Assembly (NCBI GenBank): GCA_050951805.1
Contig: JBMNJT010000002.1
Location: 480,001-544,000, forward strand
Length of the DNA stretch: 64,000 nucleotides
Reading direction: 5' to 3'
DNA from: Bacillota bacterium
GTDB taxonomy: Bacteria; Bacillota; DTU025
In this document: in pieces, positions 51,680 through 61,196 of the stretch
Numbering within the stretch: the first letter of the stretch is position 1
Layout: every line of letters begins with the position of its first letter
Notes under the pieces: generated by a model
What the model saw: only the letters and a program-made list of their open reading frames with translations
Told to the model about the DNA's origin: nothing
Database searches by the model: none
Translations under genes and position numbers: made by a program

Positions 51680-52030
51680 ATGGACGAAGTTGAAGGAAGA
51701 ATCCCAGAAGTAGCCGGCATCTCAGAAATATTCCAAATACTTGGCAATGAAACGAGATGCCGAATTCTCTATTTGCTTTCATCCGAGGAGCTTTGCACTT
51801 GTCATATGGCTGAGATGCTCGGCATTACCATGCCTGCAGTATCTCATCATCTGAGACTTCTAAGGGCCCATCGCCTTGTGAAGACGCGGCCAGAAGGCAA
51901 GCATGTATATTATTCTCTTGCTGATGAGCATGTTTTGACACTGATACAGGTGGCCCAGGAGCATTACGAAGAGGAAGGCTTGCTTGGGGCAGAAAGTGGA
52001 GGATGCGGAGATGGCGGGAGAGAATCATAG
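51680..52030 (+). CDS. ArsR/SmtB metalloregulator with alpha5 Zn site
   Basis: TR.RIL.LL..ELC, AVSHHLR.LR and DEH-x10-H..E. Confidence 0.92.
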   Translation: MDEVEGRIPEVAGISEIFQILGNETRCRILYLLSSEELCTCHMAEMLGITMPAVSHHLRLLRAHRLVKTRPEGKHVYYSLADEHVLTLIQVAQEHYEEEGLLGAESGGCGDGGRES

Positions 52031-54068
52031 TTGTCATTGCAGCGATGACAATGTTCATGGACACGATTGCCATGGGCATGGAAAGGGTAACGAAACTGCA
52101 AGGGTTTATGAGACGGTGTTAGCGCTCGCTCTTTTCGCACTTGGCATGTTGGTAAAAGCTTGGAGTTCATCTGAGGCTGCCGTTCTAGTCTCCGATAGCA
52201 TACTTCTGGCCTCGTATATCGCGGCGGGCTGGAGGGTACTGTGGGGCGCAGCCCGCAACATACTCCGTGGGCAGGTGTTCGACGAGTTCTTCTTAATGAG
52301 CATCGCATCTCTCGGTGCTATTGCGATAGGAGAATTGCCCGAGGCCGTTGGAGTGATGGCTTTCTTCGCCGTTGGCGAGCTCTTGCAGGACAGGGCTGTG
52401 GAGCGTTCACGCACTTCCATAAGGGCGCTGATGGATGTAAGGCCCGATTATGCCAATCTTGTGCGTGATGGGGAGTGCATACGGGTTAGCCCGGAGGAAG
52501 TGTCTACGGGCGATCTGATCATGGTTAGGCCTGGCGAGAGGGTTCCATTGGACGGCGTGATTATCGACGGCGAGACTACAATGGATACATCTGCTCTGAC
52601 CGGCGAATCGATGCCTCGGACCTTCGGCGCCGGGGATCAGGCATTGGCGGGGATGATCAACAGAAGCGCTGCTGTAACCGTCAGAACCTTGAGGCCCTAT
52701 TCGGATTCGTCGGCGGCTCGCATTCTTGAGCTGGTGGAAGAGGCCGAAACTCGGAAGGCCCACACAGAGCGGTTCATAACAACATTCAGCAGATACTATA
52801 CTCCGGCAGTTGTTGGGCTGGCCGTTGCGATTGCGGTCTTGCCTCCGCTGATCATACCTGGTCAGGTTTTCTCCGAATGGCTACACAGGGCTCTGGTTCT
52901 TCTTGTGGTATCATGCCCGTGTGCACTCGTGATCTCGATCCCCCTCAGTTATTTTGCAGGCATAGGGGGAGCGTCGAGGCGCGGCGTGTTGATAAAGGGC
53001 GCAGACTGTTTGGAGGCCCTAAACGATGTGGACTCAGTGATCTTTGACAAGACTGGCACACTCACTCAAGGCTCATTTCGGGTTGTGGAGACAACAGGCG
53101 AAAACGGTTTTACAGGGTACGAGGTGCTCAGGCTGGCGGCGCACGCCGGCGCCAATTCAAGCCACCCGGTATCGACATCCATCCGTGAAGCATTCGAAGG
53201 TGAGCCCGGTCGGGGCAGGATAGATGTCTCAGTAATCTCCGACAGCCGCGAACTGGCCGGAATGGGAGTTGCAGCTGAGATCGGAGGAGAGCGGGTGATT
53301 GCCGGGAACGACCGCTTGTTGCATCATGAAAACGTGGTCCATGATGTATGCGTTACTGACGGGACTGTGGTGAACGTGGCCAAGGACGGGATCCTCGCAG
53401 GCAGAATCCGTCTTGCAGATGAGATAAAGCCTGGGGCGAGTGAGGCAGTGCAGCGCCTTCATGAAGCAGGCGTCAACAGGATAGTCATGCTCACTGGCGA
53501 CGTTGGCGATGTCGCGGAGCGCGTGGCCGGCGAAGTCGGGATAGGCGAATATCGAGCGAACCTTCTGCCTGATGAGAAGGTCAGGGCGGTAGAGATGATC
53601 ATGGCTGAGCAGGTTAGCATGGCACAATCGGGGGGAGGCTGGCCAGATGCGTCTGCACACAGAAGGGTTTGCGGCGCTTCGGGAAGGGGAGCCGGAAAGG
53701 TTGCTTTTGTGGGCGATGGGATAAACGATGCTCCAGCCCTTGCCAGAGCCGACGTGGGCATTGCAATGGGGGCGTTGGGATCTGACGTGGCAATTGAGGC
53801 AGCTGACGTGGTGATCATGGACGACAATCCTGCCCGAATTGCAGATGCCATCGAAACTGCGCGGCGCACCAGGCGGATAGTGATGGAGAACATCGTTTTC
53901 GCCATAATTGTAAAGCTGGCGGTTCTTGCAATGGGCACCATGGGTGTGGCAACCATGTGGAACGCCGTCTTTGCCGATGTAGGTGTTGCGTTAATCGCAG
54001 TCGTCAATGCGACTAGAGCATATGGGAATCTGGGGCATGCGCGGGGATCTGCGAGCGGCCGGGCCTGA
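52011..54068 (+). CDS. cadA: P1B-2 heavy-metal (Zn/Cd/Pb) translocating ATPase
   Basis: His/Cys-rich N-terminus; TGES, SCPCAL, DKTGT, HP, GDGINDAP, TM7 Lys and FADVG. Confidence 0.9.
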   Translation: MAGENHSCHCSDDNVHGHDCHGHGKGNETARVYETVLALALFALGMLVKAWSSSEAAVLVSDSILLASYIAAGWRVLWGAARNILRGQVFDEFFLMSIASLGAIAIGELPEAVGVMAFFAVGELLQDRAVERSRTSIRALMDVRPDYANLVRDGECIRVSPEEVSTGDLIMVRPGERVPLDGVIIDGETTMDTSALTGESMPRTFGAGDQALAGMINRSAAVTVRTLRPYSDSSAARILELVEEAETRKAHTERFITTFSRYYTPAVVGLAVAIAVLPPLIIPGQVFSEWLHRALVLLVVSCPCALVISIPLSYFAGIGGASRRGVLIKGADCLEALNDVDSVIFDKTGTLTQGSFRVVETTGENGFTGYEVLRLAAHAGANSSHPVSTSIREAFEGEPGRGRIDVSVISDSRELAGMGVAAEIGGERVIAGNDRLLHHENVVHDVCVTDGTVVNVAKDGILAGRIRLADEIKPGASEAVQRLHEAGVNRIVMLTGDVGDVAERVAGEVGIGEYRANLLPDEKVRAVEMIMAEQVSMAQSGGGWPDASAHRRVCGASGRGAGKVAFVGDGINDAPALARADVGIAMGALGSDVAIEAADVVIMDDNPARIADAIETARRTRRIVMENIVFAIIVKLAVLAMGTMGVATMWNAVFADVGVALIAVVNATRAYGNLGHARGSASGRA

Positions 54069-54131
54069 GGCGCTAATGGCGCCGTGGGCTGGCAGACTGG
54101 CAGGGGAGACGCACATGCCCGCTCTCTGGTT

Positions 54132-55175
54132 TCATCTTGTCCATATTGGCGACGGTGAGGCTTTACCATCGTCAGTCGCGCCGACTAGCTCCGCGAGGGA
54201 GCATATCTCGTAGCCGTTATCCCTCAAGAGCTGAATGATTGACCTTAGCGCGGAGACCGTGGCGTTTCTCTGGCCTCCGCCATCGTGCATGAGCACTATG
54301 TTCACCTGCGAAGCCGTCGCGCTGGCAACAGCTTCCGCCACCAGCCGATCTGCATCTGCTTGTTTGGCGACGCGCCAGTCCCGGGTATCCACATTCCACA
54401 GGACTATATTGTGTCCGGTCGATTCTGCAGCGGAAATCACTTCCGGTGATACGACTCCGCCAGGTGGCCTCAACCAAGTTGTTGGTGAGCCCGTGGCCTG
54501 CTCGACTATTTCAGAAGTGCGCCGTATTTCGCAGACAAGTTCTTCATATGTAGCAGATGCGGGATCGAGATGGCTGTAAGTGTGATTGCCGATCTCATGT
54601 CCTTCAGCGGCCATCCTTGAGAGCAGATGGGGACGGGATTCTGCCTGACTGCCAACGACGAAAAAGACTGCGTGGACACCTTCGTCCTTCAGAATATCGA
54701 GGATCTCAGGGGTGTAGGTTGAAGAGGGCCCGTCATCGAATGTGAGGATCGCGCGCTTCCGACCGTCCATCGGCTTGGTCACGGTCATGCTCAGCAACGG
54801 CGCCGCACGTGCAGCACTAGATGTCCTGGAAACAAAGGAAAGCCTTGATTCTTCGTCGAGCGGGCAGGCGACTTCAGTTTTGGTGTTGCTTGATGTGCGA
54901 TCCCTAACAGATAGCATTCCGCTTCCGGCTACGATCCCTGAGAGCCCCTTCTTTTCCGGCCGCCATCTCGCGCCTTCTGAATTCTCGAACCGGGCCTTTG
55001 AATCCAAGCAAGGCAGTACATGGCATGTGTGGGCCAAAGGGTTGATGCACTCTGGAGACTTATTTGTTGCCATGGGGAGTCCTACCACAGCAGTTGCGTC
55101 TTGCACCACTATGCTGACAACAGCGATTGCCGCCATCGCCAGCCTGCGAGCGACAGGGTGTGTGGGCATGCGCAT
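54132..55175 (-). CDS. Secreted or membrane-anchored polysaccharide deacetylase (CE4/NodB)
   Basis: LTFDDGP, NHTYSH, RPPGG, DTRDW and LMHD; N-terminal hydrophobic segment. Confidence 0.92.
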   Translation of the reverse strand: MRMPTHPVARRLAMAAIAVVSIVVQDATAVVGLPMATNKSPECINPLAHTCHVLPCLDSKARFENSEGARWRPEKKGLSGIVAGSGMLSVRDRTSSNTKTEVACPLDEESRLSFVSRTSSAARAAPLLSMTVTKPMDGRKRAILTFDDGPSSTYTPEILDILKDEGVHAVFFVVGSQAESRPHLLSRMAAEGHEIGNHTYSHLDPASATYEELVCEIRRTSEIVEQATGSPTTWLRPPGGVVSPEVISAAESTGHNIVLWNVDTRDWRVAKQADADRLVAEAVASATASQVNIVLMHDGGGQRNATVSALRSIIQLLRDNGYEICSLAELVGATDDGKASPSPIWTR

Positions 55176-55218
55176 TTCACAGACCTCCAAGTCTGAGACC
55201 TGATGGACTGTGCGCGTG

Positions 55219-55707
55219 TTATGAATCTAGAGCGTCGACAGTGTCAGCTATCACAATAAGGGCATTGGAGCCTATGGTGATGACGTTTTTTGTGTCAATA
55301 TCAACTGAGAGTGATTGCCCTTTCAGCCGCACCAAGAATGATTCGATTCTGCCTGTCTCATCATCCACGGCAAAGTCCTCAACATATCCTATTATCTTCC
55401 CGGTGCGGGCTATTACTGTGAGTCCACACAATTCCGAATCTGTTTTTCCAATGGTAGTCAGTTCCGGCAGCGAGGAGAACTCGGCCATTGCCGATTTGTT
55501 CTCGATCATCACTGCGTCTTCACCTAGACCTTGCACCAATGGAAACGGAACTGCTTTCGGGGCGTTGAAACGCTCGTTGGTAGAGACGATGAGCGCAACA
55601 GCGTGCACACTGATGGGATCGATCACCAGCCCGGTTATGCGCCCTGCCTCTGCCCCTTCATCTATGGTCATCACTGGCATATCGAGCAAATCTTTTCGGT
55701 TCGTCAT
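55219..55707 (-). CDS. Tandem PRC-barrel domain protein (YrrD-like)
   Basis: L..MPV.TIDEG...GRI..LVIDP and G..VIARTGKIIGYVEDF.VD.ETG.I. Confidence 0.85.
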   Translation of the reverse strand: MTNRKDLLDMPVMTIDEGAEAGRITGLVIDPISVHAVALIVSTNERFNAPKAVPFPLVQGLGEDAVMIENKSAMAEFSSLPELTTIGKTDSELCGLTVIARTGKIIGYVEDFAVDDETGRIESFLVRLKGQSLSVDIDTKNVITIGSNALIVIADTVDALDS

Positions 55708-55713
55708 AACCGA

Positions 55714-56559
55714 CTACCCCCTCAGCATCACATTGAGTCTACTTACTCGTTCACGCAGTCGTTGGTCAAACAGGCCTTTTTCCTGCGGACTAAGGCGGTT
55801 GCGTAATCTCAACGAAGATTTAGCTGCATGAAGAGATCTTTGTATCTCCACTAACTTACAGCTGATTGCCTCATCTCTTGCAACTTCAGAAAGGGTTAAC
55901 AGGCGCATGACGGAGCTTAAGGCGTTGTCTATCGATGGCTCGGTCCATTCCACAAACGGAGTGAGGATGAGAGGAGATGACCAGTCGAACGCCAAGTCGA
56001 TGCCGTAATCCAGCGCTATATTGGCAATGCATCCGATATCGTCGCGCTGTGACGCGCCCCGCTTGACGTGCAATTGCTCTCCTGTACCGGACCTCGCTAT
56101 CCATGGAAGAAGTTGCTTCACGACTCGGAGAGATCTATCTAATAGTTCGCGCATTAATGACGTGAGGGAAATGGTGAATAAAAAGAGCTTCGGCAACCAG
56201 GGTCGGCCTGTTGGCTCGCATGCGTTGCCTTCACTCGATCCAGTTCGGGTCCGCAAAAGGGCATAATGTCGTAGTTCAGCATCTGGAGGAGAGAAAGACG
56301 AAAATAACGGGACTACGGCTGCGGCCAGGCAGGGTCTTCTGTCTATGGACGATGTCGAAAAGAACCTGCGGACTACCGCGTCGCATGCTACGGCGAAGGC
56401 TCCCAAGGCAAGGATCGCTATACTTCTGTTAAAGGAGGGTAGCTGCCACAGAGACCTGTAGGTTGTAGACATCATAGAAACCGAAGAGAGAAGAGATGCC
56501 ATTATTGAGGTAATAGCTGAACAGGTCAAGGTTATATCCCCCCTGTTGGCATTGAGCAT
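55714..56559 (-). CDS. Hypothetical protein, probably co-transcribed with the PRC-barrel gene
   Basis: 281-aa ORF ending 6 bp before the PRC-barrel start; no recognised motif; start uncertain. Confidence 0.5.
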   Translation of the reverse strand: MLNANRGDITLTCSAITSIMASLLSSVSMMSTTYRSLWQLPSFNRSIAILALGAFAVACDAVVRRFFSTSSIDRRPCLAAAVVPLFSSFSPPDAELRHYALLRTRTGSSEGNACEPTGRPWLPKLFLFTISLTSLMRELLDRSLRVVKQLLPWIARSGTGEQLHVKRGASQRDDIGCIANIALDYGIDLAFDWSSPLILTPFVEWTEPSIDNALSSVMRLLTLSEVARDEAISCKLVEIQRSLHAAKSSLRLRNRLSPQEKGLFDQRLRERVSRLNVMLRG

Positions 56560-57060
56560 TGAGAGGAAAAGCGTTAGATATCATGTGGTTCAAGTGATGT
56601 GGTATCTAAAAATATATGTTTTGAGACGGCTTGAGTCAAGAAGAAAGTTCCATTGATTTATTCCAATCTACAGTTTTTGTCTGCAGTTATCGAGAGGCTT
56701 CGGGTATATGCTCTATCGCGCCGATTGCGAGTCGTGCTTGCCATGGTCATACTTGAGTGACAGTATGGGGCCTTCGACCGCAGCATGTCGCGATTTAGAT
56801 TGAACGGAGTCAAAGATGTGATAGGCTGTGGCGGCGGTACTGGATTGAAATCGAACTGTCGAAAAGCACAGGAACATTGCGAAATAGGGAGTTAGCATTT
56901 TGTGGCGCCCTGTGACATTCACGGAACTATGCCGTTGCCTGCTGTACCCGACGTGAAAGACGGGTTTTCCTGTGATGCTCAACTCGGGCTGAGAGGTTTT
57001 GCATTCTTCACATAGAAACAGTGTTCATAGATTAGACACAGGGATGGAGGATTACAAGTC

Positions 57061-57879
57061 TTGAATATCGGTGTATCGACTCTCCTTTACGAAAATGAAG
57101 ACATAATCACTGCTGTTTCCAGTATCGCAGAGGCGGGTCATAAGAGGATCGAACTATTCTGCGAGATCGACGGTTTTCGCCCGGGAAAGGTTTCCGATGA
57201 AACCGTGGACACTCTTGCGGCCCTCGCTTTAGAACATGGGATTACGTATTCCATTCATCCACCTTGCATAGGTCTGAATCCTGCTTCATCTGATTCGTCC
57301 GAACGGGCAAGGGTAGTTGAAGCCTATATCGGTACTATTGAACTCGCTACCAGGCTCGGCATTCGCGATATGGTGGTCCACTGTGGGAGCAAGTCCGACC
57401 CTAGGGTGCCGACGGAGATCGCCCTGGGCTTTGCGCGTCAGACATTGCAGACCGTGGGGGACGTTGCACAACAGGCCGGAGTAGTGATGATGCTCGAAAA
57501 TACGTGTTGGAAAGAGACTAGCATTCTGGAGAGCCCCCAAGCCCTCATCGATCTGGCTGACTTGTGTCCGCCTTCTACGCGCCTGCTTCTTGATGTGGGG
57601 CATGCGATGATCTGGGGAGTGAATCCTACTGAATGTGCCCGCGCTTGGTTTCCTAGGTTAGCGCAGATCCATGCCCACGACAACCATGGCGAGTGCGATG
57701 AACACCTGCCGCTGGGAGATGGCATCATAGACTGGAAAGAACTCATATCCTTCCTTGCAATGGAGAGATGGGATGGGGTATTCATGATAGAAGTGGGACA
57801 GCAGGAGGACTCTGCTGAGGCGCTCGAGAGTTCTCTCGATATAGTACGCGAATGCTTGGCCCAGTGTGCCAATGCGTGA
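57061..57879 (+). CDS. Sugar phosphate isomerase/epimerase (AP endonuclease 2 TIM barrel)
   Basis: SIHPP...NPAS, VVH.G, LEN, LDVGH, HAHDN.G..DEHLPLGDG.IDW and IE. Confidence 0.9.
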   Translation: MNIGVSTLLYENEDIITAVSSIAEAGHKRIELFCEIDGFRPGKVSDETVDTLAALALEHGITYSIHPPCIGLNPASSDSSERARVVEAYIGTIELATRLGIRDMVVHCGSKSDPRVPTEIALGFARQTLQTVGDVAQQAGVVMMLENTCWKETSILESPQALIDLADLCPPSTRLLLDVGHAMIWGVNPTECARAWFPRLAQIHAHDNHGECDEHLPLGDGIIDWKELISFLAMERWDGVFMIEVGQQEDSAEALESSLDIVRECLAQCANA

Positions 57880-57938
57880 GTAGGTGATAGAGTCGGCCTG
57901 CAGCCTCTGCTGGCACAAAAGGTGGGGAGGGAAACTGC

Positions 57939-58769
57939 GTGGATGTGAGACGCGATAATGGCTGCGTATGCAGGGTGAGGGAGTTTTACGAATCCAACGT
58001 CGAGATGGAATGGGTGCGGCTTGCAAGACATAGGACGGAATTTGCGCTGACTGCGCGGGCCATGGAGGAATTCTTGCAGCCGGCATCTACCGTCCTGGAC
58101 TGCGGAAGCGGTCCCGGCCGGTACTCTCTCTTGCTTGCCTCTCGCGGACACAAGGTTACGCTGCTGGATATCTCCGAGGAGAGCCTCAGGTTCGCGAAAG
58201 CAAGAGCGGAAGAGCAAGGTGTCCGGTTCGAGGAATGTGTAAGTGCTTCCGCCGTGGATATGAGCATGTTCGAAGACGGCAGTTTCGATGTTGTACTTCT
58301 GATGGGGCCCCTTTATCATCTTTTGGATCCATCTGATAGGGTTACCTGTCTTACGGAGGCAAGACGTGTTCTGCGCTGCGATGGTCTGGTCTTTGCCACG
58401 TTTCTGGTGCGTTACGCCGCTCTGCGGGATGTGGCCAAGTACGATCCGGAGTGGCTGGCCGATTACCCGGATGATGCAAATCGCATTTTGAAAGACGGGA
58501 TCTATACCTTCGAAGGGCGGGACAACCCGCCGTTTACTGATTTTTGGTCTGTGCACCCAACCGAGGCAGCAGCTATCATGGAGAAAGCCGGCTTTGAAAC
58601 TCAGATTCTCTTGGCGCAGGAAGGACTCGTGAGCATGATTGATGAGAAGGTCAATCTATTGCAAGGAGAAGCCTGGGAGGCATGGGTTGACTTGAACTAC
58701 CGTTGTGCTTCAGACCCCACAATTTACGGTGCGGCAGAACACCTGCTTTATGTTGGTAGGCGCACCTAG
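57939..58769 (+). CDS. Class I SAM-dependent methyltransferase
   Basis: EW.RL..HR.EF, VLDCGSGPGRYS and FDVVLLMGPLYHL. Confidence 0.92.
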   Translation: MDVRRDNGCVCRVREFYESNVEMEWVRLARHRTEFALTARAMEEFLQPASTVLDCGSGPGRYSLLLASRGHKVTLLDISEESLRFAKARAEEQGVRFEECVSASAVDMSMFEDGSFDVVLLMGPLYHLLDPSDRVTCLTEARRVLRCDGLVFATFLVRYAALRDVAKYDPEWLADYPDDANRILKDGIYTFEGRDNPPFTDFWSVHPTEAAAIMEKAGFETQILLAQEGLVSMIDEKVNLLQGEAWEAWVDLNYRCASDPTIYGAAEHLLYVGRRT

Positions 58770-58958
58770 GCAGCCTCGGAAAAGCACTCGAGCATTTCCC
58801 GGCAGCCAAGGCTAGAACCTCAGGCAGAAAAGGTCGGATTGTCCAGGCCGACATATGGCGTACAGTTGATCTCTTGTTGGCGCATTGATGAGACGGTTTG
58901 GGGGCGGCTTTCGGTGAGCTTAGGCAAAGACGCATCATCTGGCGCGGCAGAGGCCAAC

Positions 58959-59883
58959 ATGTTGGTGCAACCTGACAAGAGGGTTTTCATGGTTTATGTT
59001 GGGCTGATGGCGTCCGGATACGAACTGGCTTCGCTCGAAGAAGGTGAACCCATGGCGAGGGTTGCCGCGCGAGCTGCAGACGTTGAGTGGTCGCCGGATC
59101 TGCTCGCCTACTATAGGTGGGCGAGGGTTGAATCACGTGAAGTCAACCTATATTGGCCTCGAGCGTTCCTCCTGGTTGCGGCCGGCTTGCGAATCTAAGA
59201 GGGCCGGGACTGGGATTGGGGCTGCCCGGGCGGCAGCAATGTGGCTTCTTGGATCAAATCCCTTCCGATCGGTCCTGAGCATAAAGAAGCCGTGGGTGAT
59301 CAATCTTTCCTTCCAGTTTCAGCGCATGTCCGATCATCCGTCCTTCAGCAGACTGTAGAAGGACTATTTAGACGCTGTATCTCCCGACTTGACAAGATAC
59401 GAAGAAGCTATGCTTCAGGCGGCGCGTGCCGTCTCAACTCGACTTGGCGTTCCTGAAGGGCAGTTGCCTCAGATGATCCTCGTGCCCAATCCGCTACAGG
59501 CGCCGCAGATCGCCGAGGCTGTGGCCGTGGATGAAAGGGTCTTCTTGATCATGGCTGAGCCGGAACTTGAATCCATAGTCCACGAGATGCTCCATCACCT
59601 TTTGGCTCCTGGAATTATGGCTGCCAAGGCCAGCATAGACCGGGCATGTGCTCTATGGAAGCCTGTGCGAGACGACATGATGAGAATGGGATACGAGAGT
59701 GCTGATTCGTGGAGGCGCGTCTTTGAAGAGAACTTAGTGAGGGCAGGGACGATCTGGGTAGTGCAGCATGCAGAGGCAGATCTGGATCTGGGAACGGGAG
59801 AGGTTGGAGGGTGCCCACAGTCACAGGAAGCTGAGGCAAAGCGAGCTGGCGCACCAGCTCGCATAAGCGATTCCTCTACCTAA
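58959..59883 (+). pseudogene. Disrupted hypothetical protein with an HExxH motif
   Basis: Continuous reading interrupted by TAA at 59196, a frameshift near 59290 and TAG at 59356; the distal part contains VHEMLHH. Confidence 0.65.
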
Positions 59884-59942
59884 AAAGGACCCATGGACAT
59901 AGAGCCGCGTTCAGCTGTCTGTGGCATCAGTTGGCTCGAAAC

Positions 59943-60941
59943 CTAATAGATCTCGTCTGTTATCGACATGAGGTTTTCGATGGCCAGCTGCGCCAGTTCG
60001 ATATCTACCTCAGAGAGCCTCATTAGGGTCTTGCGAGCCTGTGTCTCATTGCCAGTGAGCAGATAGGCGTATATCAGGTTGAAATAGGCTTCGGAGAGCG
60101 TCGGATCGAGCTTGATAGCTTTCTCCAAAAGGGGTATTGCTTTGCTTGGCATCTCTGCGTTCAGCCCGTAAAAATTGCCTATTTCGACTGCAAGGTCGGC
60201 ATCTTCTTGGGCTTCCTCTATGAGATTGTTGATTATGCTGATTGCGGCGTCCGTTTGCCCGGTTTCGTAGAGGGCCTTGGCTCTCCAGACGTCGATCATG
60301 TGATCGTCGGGTTCACGCTTCGCAGCTTCGCCAAAGGCTCTGGCGGCATCGGCCCATTGGCCCGTTTCGTATAGAGCTACTCCTAAAAGAAATGGCGGAA
60401 CAGCGTTATCTGGTATTCCATGGGTTGCTCTGATTAGGTGCTCTATGGCATCCTCGTAGTTGTCGAGGGCGATATAGGCACTGCCAAGCGTCAGTGATGC
60501 CTCTGCAAGTTCTGGCTGTATTGACAGAGCCCTTTCGGCAGCGTCCCGAGATTCATCGGGGAACCCTATTTCGAGAAGGGCGTCTGCGAGAACTGATGTG
60601 AGTTCTCCGTCGCCCTCAGCAAGGCTCAGCGCCCGCATCAGGTAATGGTAGGCCGTCGAAGCGTCATTTCCTCCACGTGCATAAGCCAGACCGACCATAA
60701 CGAGTTCTCCGATGTCATCCGATATGTAGCACGAGGCTGCCTTGACCGCATCTGTGGCCGCCTCGAGGTCTCCAGCCATCCAGCAGGCCAATGATGCTGC
60801 AAGCAGAGAATCAACTCGTGTTGAGTCAAGTACGAGTGCCTTGTCGATGAGCCCTCGGGCCTCTTGAGCGTTTCCGTCCGCCAGGGCCTTCAGCCCCGAG
60901 GAGAGCAGATCTTCGACGTTTTGTCTGTGTTCATCTGTCAT
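59943..60941 (-). CDS. Tetratricopeptide repeat protein
   Basis: Several TPR units (A.LTLG.AY....YEDA..L..A, EAYFNL..AY); start set to ATG 60941 because the longer ORF runs into the IS end. Confidence 0.85.
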   Translation of the reverse strand: MTDEHRQNVEDLLSSGLKALADGNAQEARGLIDKALVLDSTRVDSLLAASLACWMAGDLEAATDAVKAASCYISDDIGELVMVGLAYARGGNDASTAYHYLMRALSLAEGDGELTSVLADALLEIGFPDESRDAAERALSIQPELAEASLTLGSAYIALDNYEDAIEHLIRATHGIPDNAVPPFLLGVALYETGQWADAARAFGEAAKREPDDHMIDVWRAKALYETGQTDAAISIINNLIEEAQEDADLAVEIGNFYGLNAEMPSKAIPLLEKAIKLDPTLSEAYFNLIYAYLLTGNETQARKTLMRLSEVDIELAQLAIENLMSITDEIY

Positions 60942-61196
60942 ATGGAATATTCGCCGCCTTTCCGGCCGTAGCCGATCGTTATGTACGAGTCTCTCTACCG
61001 CGGATTCAAGGCATAGTGGATGGCGTCTATCAACGTCTGCCAGACGCTGGATCGCCGCTTCTCCTTGTGATTCTGTCAATTTAGATAATCTCCTGCCAGG
61101 GAAAGGATCGAGCTTACCAGAGGGCGTATTCGAGCTGACAATTACGTGGGCAGCTGTGCGGGTTGGGCAGTATAGAGCATGCACCGTCAATGGCGC

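Noticed and set aside
57438-58556. 372-aa minus-strand ORF
   Set aside because: Antisense to the well-supported epimerase and methyltransferase genes.
59196-59358. Pyrrolysine or selenocysteine recoding of in-frame stops (here and at 35258)
   Set aside because: The stops include TAA and are accompanied by frameshifts, which fits pseudogenisation better.
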